Source: Clostridiales bacterium (GTDB lineage Bacteria > Bacillota > Clostridia > Christensenellales > CAG-138). From it: a stretch of 64,000 bases of DNA. Positions 34,685 through 42,109 of this stretch are shown here, in pieces; the stretch's first letter is position 1, and each line of letters opens with the position of its first letter. The stretch is from NCBI GenBank assembly GCA_024698505.1, contig JAILRE010000009.1, forward strand, positions 870 through 64,869, given 5' to 3'. Under the pieces are notes generated by a model that did not search any database, was not told where the DNA came from, and saw nothing but the letters and a program-made list of their open reading frames with translations. The translations under genes and the position numbers were made by a program.

Positions 34685-35641
34685 TCAATCGAACGTCTTT
34701 CCGTCGCATCTGTCGCGGAAGATCCAGGTCCTGCCGCCGTCCGTCGTTTCAAACCAGACGTCGCAGGTATCGGGGTCGTACTCATCCCTGCGGTCGGAAG
34801 CAACGTAAACGGGGATCACCCCGTGATCGCCGTTGAATACAGGAACGAGATACTGCGGCGCGTAGAAATAAGGCCTGACCTCTTCCGGAAGATCAAGATC
34901 CGCCATATGGCTCCACGTCTTTCCGCCGTTGAACGTGGCGTAAACGCAGGAATCGAAGATGGTCGTATCGTGACTGCACTCGGTGAAATTGTAGCAGATG
35001 AAGGCTGTTTTCTCATCCTTTACGCATGCACCGGTTATCCCGAGACCGCCGACCTTCTCCTCGGGGCGATCCATTCTCTTCCAATTGCCTTCATCGTCCA
35101 AATACCACAGCAGGAAGTCGTCCACCATATCGGGCCAGTAGGGGATGGCGGCGAAGTTATCGCCGATATAGCCGAAAAGATTTGGGCGCTCATCCCATGT
35201 TTCCTTGGGCGCCGGCGCAATGAGCTCTGCCGGCAGAGTTCGGACGAGACGCATTTTCGTAAGCGTCTCGTCGGTCTCGTAAACGCCGAGCCCATCCTCG
35301 GTTTCTTCAAGCAGATAAATGCACTTGTTGACGTGCACGAGGATATCGGAGGTCTCACCGTTAAGGAGCGCGGCGCAAAGAGCATAGTATTCCTCCTCAA
35401 CGGCGGCAAAGGGCTCGTCGGTAGCGGGGACCGCCGTATCCTCCGGCGTCTCCGTCGGCGCGGGCGGGGTCGTCTCAAGGACCGTGGGGGAGGGCGTATC
35501 GAAAGCTGCCGCAGCCTCGGTCGGGCTTAATGAGGGTTCCTCGCTCCCGTCGCTCGGGCGGTTTCCGTGCGGCGTGCAGGAGACGAGGAGGATCAGCGCA
35601 AGCACAACGGCAGGCAATGCATACAAAGATTTCTTTTTCAT
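34685..35641 (-). CDS. Lipoprotein with C-terminal Asp-box-like (DGGxTW) motifs; paralog of 55956..56993
   Basis: Lipobox LILLVSC, a PT-rich linker, then FNGGKTW and FETTDGGRTWIF. Confidence 0.7.
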   Translation of the reverse strand: MKKKSLYALPAVVLALILLVSCTPHGNRPSDGSEEPSLSPTEAAAAFDTPSPTVLETTPPAPTETPEDTAVPATDEPFAAVEEEYYALCAALLNGETSDILVHVNKCIYLLEETEDGLGVYETDETLTKMRLVRTLPAELIAPAPKETWDERPNLFGYIGDNFAAIPYWPDMVDDFLLWYLDDEGNWKRMDRPEEKVGGLGITGACVKDEKTAFICYNFTECSHDTTIFDSCVYATFNGGKTWSHMADLDLPEEVRPYFYAPQYLVPVFNGDHGVIPVYVASDRRDEYDPDTCDVWFETTDGGRTWIFRDRCDGKTFD

Positions 35642-35800
35642 TTTAGCATCCTCCGAATTTTCCTATGCCTTCAGTTTATCGTATTCAAAGAGAATAATCA
35701 ATGTATTTCTTCGCGATATTACAGCTTTATGACGATTCTGTTTTTTCGACCGGCTCGCACAAGGGGTGGATAACGGACCGAAATTTCCCAAATTTCCCTG

Positions 35801-35828
35801 TTGACATTTAGAACAAACGTGTTATAAT
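35801..35828 (+). promoter_or_regulatory. Promoter (TTGACA-16-TATAAT) with an overlapping GAAC-type operator; leaderless configuration
   Basis: AGAACAAACGTGTT at 35810-35823 abuts the -10. The ATG at 35835 is 6 nt after the -10. A second GAACAAACG lies at 35838-35846. Confidence 0.55.
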
Positions 35829-35834
35829 ACAGAT

Positions 35835-37865
35835 ATGGAACAAACGAGCGAAAGAACCTATATCTGCATCGACCTGAAATCCTTCTACGCGTCCGTCGAG
35901 TGCGTGGCGCGCGGGCTGGATCCGCTCGGCGTGAATCTTGTCGTCGCGGATGAGACGAGGACGGAAAAGACGATCTGCCTTGCCGTCTCGCCCTCACTGA
36001 AGGCTTACGGGATATCCGGCAGGGCGCGCCTTTTCGAGGTGGTGCAGAGGGTCGCGGAGCTCAATTCCGACCGCAGGTATGCGGCGAGGGGCAGGAAGCT
36101 CACGGGCTCCTCGTGGGTGGACGCCGAGCTGAAGGCCGATAAGAGCCTCGCGATAGACTATATCGTCGCTCCCCCGCGCATGGCGAAATACATGGCGGTC
36201 AGCACGCAGATCTACAACATCTATTTAAGGTACATCGCGCCGGAGGATATCCACGTCTATTCGGTGGACGAGGTGTTTATCGACGCCACGAATTACGGCA
36301 GGCTCTACCGCATGACCCCGCGCGAGCTGGCGATGAAGATGATAGGGGACGTACTCAATGAGACGGGCATCACGGCGACGGTAGGCATAGGCACGAACAT
36401 GTACCTTGCCAAGATCGCGATGGACATTGACGCGAAGCACATGAAGCCCGACGAGAACGGCGTCCGCATCTCCGAGCTGGACGAGATGAGCTACCGCAGG
36501 CGGCTCTGGTCGCACACGCCGATAACCGATTTCTGGCGGATAGGGAAGGGCATAGCAAGGCGGCTCGACGAATACGGCATACGGACGATGGGGGATATCG
36601 CCCTCTGCTCCGTGGCGGACAAGCGCAGCGCCCTCAACGAGGATTTCCTCTACAAGCTCTTCGGCATAAACGCGGAGCTTCTGATCGACCACGCCTGGGG
36701 GTACGAGCCCTGCACCATGGCGGACGTGAAGGCCTACCGCCCGCGGACGCACAGCCTCAGCCTGGGGCAGGTGCTGAAGGAGCCCTACGAATTCGAAAGG
36801 GCGAGGCTGATAGTGCGGGAGATGGCGGACGACCTCTCGATGGACGTTTTCGCGAAGGGCCTCGTCACCGATCAGGTGGTGCTGACGGTCTGCTACGATA
36901 CGGAAAACGTGCGCGATCCCGAGAGGCGGAGGCGCTACAAGGGCCCCATAGAGGCCGACGGCTACGGCAGGCAGGCGCCCAAGTCCGCCCACGGCTCGTT
37001 CAATCTGCCCATGACCTCCTCGACGAAGCTCTTCACCGAGGGCGCGGTCGCGCTTTTCGACAGGATAGCTGACAGGTCGCTCACGGTAAGGCGGATATAC
37101 GTCGTCGCGAATCATACCGTGCCGAAGGAAGCCCTGCCGAGCGGCCCCGTTTACGAGCAGCTCGATCTTTTCACCGACCCGGAGGAGCAAAAGCGCGCCT
37201 TCGAGAGGGAGCGCTTCGCCCGCGAAAGGGAGGAGCGCCGCCAGGACGCGCTCGTGAAGATACGCGGCAAATTCGGCAAGAACGCCATTCTGAAGGGCAT
37301 GAACTACGAGGAGGGCGCCACCTCGATAGAGCGCAACGGCCAGATAGGCGGCCACCGCGCGGGCGATCCCGAGCAGGGCGGCCAAACGCCGGGAGGCGTA
37401 AAAAAAAACAGTACCGGTGGCACAACGTGCCCCTGTGAATATGAGGAGGACGGCATGAGAAGGGGAGAAGACGCCTACGAGGAGATAATCGGTCTGCCGC
37501 ATCACAAGTCCGCGGAAAGGCCGCATATGTCAAATTACGACAGGGCGGCGCAGTTCGCCCCCTTCGCGGCGCTCACGGGATACGAGGAGGCGGTCTCGGA
37601 AACGGCCCGCCTGACCGAACAAAAGCCCGAGCTGGACGAGGACGAGAAGCAGCTCATAGACGCATGGCTCCGAAGGCTGAGGCAGGATCCCGGCTCGGTG
37701 GATGCGGGCGTGACCTACTTCACGGCCGACAAGCGCAAAAAGGGCGGCGCGATACTTGAATCGAAGGCCGCCGTCGCCGGGATAGACGAACACGCCCGCG
37801 CCGTCGTATTCGAGGACGGAACGAGCGTGCCGATAGACGATATAATCGCCGTGGACGGGGAATGA
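35835..37865 (+). CDS. Y-family DNA polymerase (UmuC/DinB-like) read through into a YolD-like C-terminal module
   Basis: 676 aa. N-terminus ICIDLKSFYASVECVARGLDP, polymerase core to about aa 510, then after the A9 tract an internal SD (GAGGAGGA) plus ATG 37455 and YolD-like HMSNYDRAAQFAPFAALTGYEEAV. Confidence 0.8.
   Translation: MEQTSERTYICIDLKSFYASVECVARGLDPLGVNLVVADETRTEKTICLAVSPSLKAYGISGRARLFEVVQRVAELNSDRRYAARGRKLTGSSWVDAELKADKSLAIDYIVAPPRMAKYMAVSTQIYNIYLRYIAPEDIHVYSVDEVFIDATNYGRLYRMTPRELAMKMIGDVLNETGITATVGIGTNMYLAKIAMDIDAKHMKPDENGVRISELDEMSYRRRLWSHTPITDFWRIGKGIARRLDEYGIRTMGDIALCSVADKRSALNEDFLYKLFGINAELLIDHAWGYEPCTMADVKAYRPRTHSLSLGQVLKEPYEFERARLIVREMADDLSMDVFAKGLVTDQVVLTVCYDTENVRDPERRRRYKGPIEADGYGRQAPKSAHGSFNLPMTSSTKLFTEGAVALFDRIADRSLTVRRIYVVANHTVPKEALPSGPVYEQLDLFTDPEEQKRAFERERFAREREERRQDALVKIRGKFGKNAILKGMNYEEGATSIERNGQIGGHRAGDPEQGGQTPGGVKKNSTGGTTCPCEYEEDGMRRGEDAYEEIIGLPHHKSAERPHMSNYDRAAQFAPFAALTGYEEAVSETARLTEQKPELDEDEKQLIDAWLRRLRQDPGSVDAGVTYFTADKRKKGGAILESKAAVAGIDEHARAVVFEDGTSVPIDDIIAVDGE
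37400..37408 (+). repeat. A9 homopolymer at the polymerase/YolD-like junction
   Basis: Nine consecutive A residues. An A8 version would end the polymerase at the TGA overlapping ATG 37455 (ATGA). Confidence 0.95.
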
Positions 37866-37987
37866 CGCCTCGTACAGACGGACGAAACCCCGGACGGCGC
37901 GGCCGACGAATGGTTCGGCCATTCGTCCGAAAATGTCGGCCGAACGGCTGAACGGAGTGCGTTAAACGGTACTTTACGAACGGCCGA

Positions 37988-38344
37988 TCAGAACAGAAAC
38001 TCTTTTGCGTCAAGGATTTTTCCGCCGGCGGTGCAGGCTGCGCAGGTGCAGTAGGCAACGCCGTTTTTCTTGGCCTCGAGCGCCTCGCCGAGCATGGTCT
38101 TCGCTTTCTCTTCACCGAAGTATTCAGCGGCCATGGGGGAGGAGTAGAAGCCTATCGCGTCGTCGATCCCGTTCACGTCCTCGGAAAGCTCGGCTATGAA
38201 GGCAAAGGCTTTGGCCCTTTGGCCCTCGGTCCCTATGGAGGCAAGCCAGCCGTTCGCGGCCTCCCTCAGCTCTTTGCAGCACATGGGAGCGGCAATAAGC
38301 TCCTCCGTGTATTTTTTCATATCCTCAGTCGTCATTGAAAACAC
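37988..38344 (-). CDS. Small conserved-looking cytoplasmic protein with CC and CxC..C motifs (function unknown)
   Basis: 118 aa. PMCCKELREAANGWL and AYCTCAACTAGG. Typical codon usage. Confidence 0.55.
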   Translation of the reverse strand: MFSMTTEDMKKYTEELIAAPMCCKELREAANGWLASIGTEGQRAKAFAFIAELSEDVNGIDDAIGFYSSPMAAEYFGEEKAKTMLGEALEAKKNGVAYCTCAACTAGGKILDAKEFLF

Positions 38345-38425
38345 CTCCTTTGAGTTCGGCCCTATTATAACATTTTTACGTCCGTTTGTGAATATCGGGC
38401 TTTATTGTTTATCGTCCGTTTTGCT

Positions 38426-38454
38426 TTGACATGCGGCCCTTGCGATGGTATAAT
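38426..38454 (+). promoter_or_regulatory. Promoter (TTGACA-17-TGGTATAAT), leaderless configuration
   Basis: The -10 ends at 38454 and the ATG at 38461 is 6 nt later, with no SD. Confidence 0.55.
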
Positions 38455-38460
38455 GCGGGT

Positions 38461-39018
38461 ATGGAGAACAACGAGTCGAAAAAACGCAAAGGCGTGCTTT
38501 CGCTCACGTTCTGCGCCATAATGGCGGCGCTGGGCGTGGGCATTATCCTCGTGGGCGGGCTGATCGGCGTCGCCACTTACGCCGCGCCGCTCATCGCCTC
38601 GATGTGCCTCATACCCGTCATCTACGAATTCGGCTCGGGCAGGGCGTGGCTCGCCTGGCTCGCGACGGCGCTGCTCGCCGCGCTGCTCTCGGCGGATAAG
38701 GAGGCCGCGGCCTTCTACGTCTTCCTCGGGTACTACCCGATAATCCGCCCCGTTTTCAACAGGATCCGTCCGAGGGCGCTTCGCCTGCTCGTCAAATTCC
38801 TGTATTTCGCGGCGGTCATACTCGCAATGTACGCGCTGCTCTGCTTCGTTGTAAAGCTCGACGCGGTGCTGTACGAGATCTATTCGGAGGCGGCGTGGGT
38901 GAACGTATTGCTCTTCTTCGCGCTCGTCGCCGTCATGCTCCTCTACGACGCGGCGGTGAGGGCGGCGGAGGTCGTCTACCTGAAGCGCATAAGGGACAAG
39001 CTCCGCTTCCTCGGCTGA
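38461..39018 (+). CDS. Hypothetical polytopic membrane protein
   Basis: 185 aa from MENNESKKRKG, with about 5 hydrophobic helices. Confidence 0.6.
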   Translation: MENNESKKRKGVLSLTFCAIMAALGVGIILVGGLIGVATYAAPLIASMCLIPVIYEFGSGRAWLAWLATALLAALLSADKEAAAFYVFLGYYPIIRPVFNRIRPRALRLLVKFLYFAAVILAMYALLCFVVKLDAVLYEIYSEAAWVNVLLFFALVAVMLLYDAAVRAAEVVYLKRIRDKLRFLG

Positions 39019-39037
39019 ACCCGATCTTTTGAAAGCT

Positions 39038-40420
39038 ATGAAGAAATTCATCGGAGACAGGGCGTTTTACCGCAAGCTTTTCGCGGTGATGCTGCCCATA
39101 CTCGTCCAAAACGTAATAACGAATCTCGTCGGCCTGCTGGATAACATAATGGTCGGCAGGCTCGGCACGGAGCAGATGAGCGGCGTTGCGATAGTCAACC
39201 AGCTCATTTTCGTGTTCGCGCTCTGCATATTCGGCGGCATATCAGGCGCGGGCATTTTCACCACGCAGTATTACGGCAAGGGCGACGACGAGGGCGTAAG
39301 GCACACCGTCAGGATCAAGTTCTACATCGTTATCGCGGCGGTGACGCTCTTCGCGCTCGTATTCACGTTCTTCGGCGAAAGGCTCATCTCCTTCTTCCTG
39401 CACGAGGGCAAGGAGAAACTCGATCTGGAGGCGACGCTGGACTTCGGAAAGCAGTACCTCGCCGTAATGATCTGGCAGATGCTCCCGTTCGCCGTGATGC
39501 AGATCTATTCCGGCACGCTCAGGGAAACGGGGGAGACGGTCATCCCGATGGTATCGGGCATAGCCGCGATATTCGTGAACCTCTTCCTCAACTGGGTGCT
39601 GATATTCGGCAAGCTCGGCGCGCCCGCATTGGGCGTCCGCGGCGCGGCGTACGCCACGCTCATCGCAAGGTTCGTGGAGCTCGGCGTCGTCGTGATCTGG
39701 GCGCATACGCACAAGAAGCGCTGCCCCTATATAAAGGGGCTTTACAGCTCGTTCCGAGTGCCCGGCTCGCTCTTGAAAAACGTTGCGATAAAGGGCACGC
39801 CCCTGCTCGTGAACGAGGTGCTCTGGTCGAGCGGAATGACCATGCTGAACCAGTGCTACTCGCGCCGCGGGCTCGAGGTCGTCTCGGCGGTCAACATCTC
39901 GTCGACGGTATCGAACCTCTTCTTCTGCTCGTTCTTCGCAATGGGCTCCACCGTCGCTATAATCGTCGGCCAGCTCCTCGGCGCGGGCGAACACGAGCGG
40001 GCCGTTAGGGAGGACCGCCAGCTCATAGCTTTCTCGGTGTTCCTCTGCACGCTGACGGGCGTCGTCATGGCGGTGCTGGCTCCGCTGATACCCAGGATCT
40101 ACAACACCACGGCAGGCGTAAAGGCGCTCGCCGCGGAGATTCTCATCGTAAGCGCCTGCATGATGCCGATGGACGCCTTCACCAACGCGAGCTACTTCAC
40201 GTTGAGATCCGGAGGCAAGACCTTCATCACGTTCCTGTTTGACAGCGGCTTCGTCTGGTCGATCTGCGTGCCCGCGGCGTTCGTGCTCTCGAGATACACG
40301 AGCGTTCCCATACTGCCGATGTTCATAATCGTGAGATGCCTCGATCTCATCAAATGCGTGATAGGCTATATCCTCATCAAAAAGCGCGCCTGGGTGCACG
40401 ACCTGACGAAAGACCGGTAG
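39038..40420 (+). CDS. MATE-family efflux transporter
   Basis: About 460 aa with 12 predicted helices. N-terminus FYRKLFAVMLPILVQNVITNLVGLLDNIMVGRLG is typical of MATE. Confidence 0.85.
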   Translation: MKKFIGDRAFYRKLFAVMLPILVQNVITNLVGLLDNIMVGRLGTEQMSGVAIVNQLIFVFALCIFGGISGAGIFTTQYYGKGDDEGVRHTVRIKFYIVIAAVTLFALVFTFFGERLISFFLHEGKEKLDLEATLDFGKQYLAVMIWQMLPFAVMQIYSGTLRETGETVIPMVSGIAAIFVNLFLNWVLIFGKLGAPALGVRGAAYATLIARFVELGVVVIWAHTHKKRCPYIKGLYSSFRVPGSLLKNVAIKGTPLLVNEVLWSSGMTMLNQCYSRRGLEVVSAVNISSTVSNLFFCSFFAMGSTVAIIVGQLLGAGEHERAVREDRQLIAFSVFLCTLTGVVMAVLAPLIPRIYNTTAGVKALAAEILIVSACMMPMDAFTNASYFTLRSGGKTFITFLFDSGFVWSICVPAAFVLSRYTSVPILPMFIIVRCLDLIKCVIGYILIKKRAWVHDLTKDR

Positions 40421-40470
40421 AGCGAAATGAATGAATAAGCCCCGACAGGGGCTTATTTTCGTTATACTCC

Positions 40471-40500
40471 TTGACAGCAAACGAACAAATGTGCTATAAT
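40471..40500 (+). promoter_or_regulatory. Promoter (TTGACA-18-TGCTATAAT) with the same GAAC-type operator as the polymerase promoter
   Basis: CGAACAAATGTGCT at 40482-40495, in the same register relative to the -10 as 35810-35823. Confidence 0.55.
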
Positions 40501-40511
40501 ATAATTGTGGG

Positions 40512-40784
40512 GTGAAAAAAGCGAAGCTTGACAACTTAATATCGCATATTATAAATATTGAATCTATAGATGAAATAGAAATTTTTAAAAATTCTTTTTT
40601 CTATAGGATCATTCTATTATTGATTCTATTATTCATTCTATCATTCATTCTATTATTCAATCTGTTTTATCTATGGTTTGTTCTATGTTTCATTCTATTG
40701 TTCATTCTATGTTTCATTCTATTATTCATTCTGTGTTTCGTTCTATACTATGCTTTTGATACTCCGTGGGGATATGAGGGATAA
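40512..40784 (+). CDS. Putative small hydrophobic protein (90 aa, GTG start) built from 12-nt repeats; coding status uncertain
   Basis: ORF MKKAKLDNLISHIINIESIDEIEIFKNSFFYRIILLLILLFILSFILLF.. About 25% GC, atypical codons (ATT, ATA, CTA, TTA), no clear SD. Confidence 0.35.
   Translation: MKKAKLDNLISHIINIESIDEIEIFKNSFFYRIILLLILLFILSFILLFNLFYLWFVLCFILLFILCFILLFILCFVLYYAFDTPWGYEG
40612..40752 (+). repeat. About twelve tandem copies of a 12-nt unit (TTCTATNNTTCA-like)
   Basis: TTCTAT/TTCTGT starts at 40612, 40624, 40636, 40648, 40660, then 40681, 40693, 40705, 40717, 40729, 40741. Confidence 0.9.
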
Positions 40785-40812
40785 GGAACGGGGAACCGAA
40801 AAAACGATAGGG

Positions 40813-40842
40813 CTTGACAAGCCGATATAAGTGTGTTAATAT
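40813..40842 (+). promoter_or_regulatory. Candidate promoter for the VanZ-like gene
   Basis: TTGACA at 40813-40818 and TGTGTTAATAT about 17-18 nt downstream. Confidence 0.45.
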
Positions 40843-40876
40843 TGTTAGTACAGTAACGAACGGGATACGAAGGGAT

Positions 40877-41383
40877 ATGCAAATGAAGAGAAGCTCCAAA
40901 GCGTTTACGACAGCGGTGTTCGCCGTTTATATGATACTGCTCGTCTGGCTCGTGATGTTCAAGCTGGAGACGGATATTTCCCTGCTCTCGCGGTACAGGA
41001 GGGTGCTGCTGATCCCGTTTTGCCGCCCGGGATCTTCGAGCCTCCGCTTCGAGGCGGGGGAGATGCTTTTGAACCTGTTCGCGTTCATGCCGCTCGGGTA
41101 CTGGCTCGCCATGCTGGACTTTCCGAAAAAGCCGTGGGCGAGGACGCTTGCGGCGTTCTGCCTCAGCCTGCTCCTCGAGACGCTGCAGTACTTGTTTTTC
41201 CTCGGCACCTCCGACGTGACGGACCTTATCCTGAACACGCTCGGAGCTGTGCTGGGCGGGCTCGCGTTCAAAGGAGCGAAGCGGCTTATGGGGGAGAGGG
41301 CCGAAAAGGTCTCGAACGCTGCGGGGCTCTGCGTGATGCTGTTTCTGACAGCCGCCTGGGCGTTCCTGAACCTGATGAACTGA
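40877..41383 (+). CDS. VanZ-family membrane protein
   Basis: MQMKRSSKAFTTAVFAVYMILLVWLV, then LNLFAFMPLGYWL and GTSDVTDLILNTLGAVLG. Confidence 0.75.
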   Translation: MQMKRSSKAFTTAVFAVYMILLVWLVMFKLETDISLLSRYRRVLLIPFCRPGSSSLRFEAGEMLLNLFAFMPLGYWLAMLDFPKKPWARTLAAFCLSLLLETLQYLFFLGTSDVTDLILNTLGAVLGGLAFKGAKRLMGERAEKVSNAAGLCVMLFLTAAWAFLNLMN

Positions 41384-41448
41384 AAAGGTCCCTTGCTTTG
41401 CAGGGCGGCTGAGAGCCGACCGGAGCGGGGAATGAGAAATGCGGAAAA

Positions 41449-41707
41449 GGGTGCATTCACTTAAGGAGATGCAGGTTTTCAGCCGAAAAAAACTCAACGA
41501 ATAAAAAAGATCCGGGGATAGCGATATCCTCGGATCTTTCTATCGTTTTCAGGCTGAAAACCGTGAAGCGTCTCAAAAGTGGAGATTTTTGTGCCGGGCA
41601 AGGCGAAAAGCGCAGGAATACCCGTTAGCCGTCTTCCGAGCATGAAAGGCGCAGCACGGCGCAAAAAGATACCTTTTGAGGCTGTTTATCCTTAAGTGAA
41701 TGCGCCC
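41449..41707. repeat. 259-bp palindromic element bounded by 19-bp terminal inverted repeats (MITE-like)
   Basis: GGGTGCATTCACTTAAGGA at 41449-41467 versus the reverse complement of 41689-41707 (18/19 match). Inner 11-bp inverted repeat at 41474-41484 / 41552-41562. Central 15-bp hairpin at 41506-41539. Confidence 0.7.
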
Positions 41708-41977
41708 AAGAGCTGCCCCTTCCTTTATCCATGGGAAGGCTGATCGGCGGCGCGGACTGCCAAAAGGCCTCTCCCCGGTGGAGAGGCTCCCCCGAAGGGG
41801 GTGGCGAGGGGGTATGATATGAGAAAAACCCCGCGGGGTTTTTCTTCGCGTTTCTTTTACTCCCTTTATTTTTTCGTTCGGATCATTCGGGAAGGATCCC
41901 CCTGCCGAGGGATCCTTTTGAGTATTTCCCCTCATCCACCGCAAGCGGTCCCCCTTCTCCACCAAGGAGAAGGCTGA
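41708..41977. repeat. Further modules of the intergenic repeat family (truncated copy)
   Basis: 41839-41977 is a near copy of 34448-34582. Upstream hairpins are CCTTCC..GGAAGG-CTGA, GCCTCTCC-CCGGT-GGAGAGGC, CCCCC-GAA-GGGGG and the palindrome AAAAACCCCGCGGGGTTTTT. Confidence 0.8.
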
Positions 41978-42000
41978 TAACCTCCTGCAGTTAAAAACAA

Positions 42001-42038
42001 AGCATGGCGCGGAGTACGGCTCCGCCGCCATGCTTTTT
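42001..42038. terminator. Strong bidirectional terminator downstream of the HerA-like gene
   Basis: AGCATGGCGCGGAG-TACGG-CTCCGCCGCCATGCT stem flanked by an A-run and TTTTT. Confidence 0.75.
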
Positions 42039-42109
42039 GCAAACGGTTTTTCGGAAAACGAGGGCTTTTCGCCGCGGGAGTTCAAATGCCCGCGGTTTCG
42101 GTCAGGGCC

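Noticed and set aside
34488-34803. ORFs 34488..34709 and 34537..34803 on the minus strand
   Set aside because: They are translations of the intergenic repeat element. An SD-like AAAAGGGAG plus ATG on the minus strand at 34460 is not conserved in the second copy, where the ATG becomes ACG.
40612-40752. Possible CRISPR array (regular short repeats)
   Set aside because: The units are contiguous 12-mers without spacers and no cas genes are nearby, so this is a tandem repeat. Likewise, the 42-bp direct repeat at 23.5 kb has only two copies.
41573-42085. 170-aa minus-strand ORF in the VanZ / HerA-like intergenic region
   Set aside because: It runs straight through the terminator hairpins, the TIR element and the repeat modules. 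Its peptide consists of the same pseudo-motifs (..EKGDRLRWMRG..) produced by the repeat at 34.5 kb. There is no SD.
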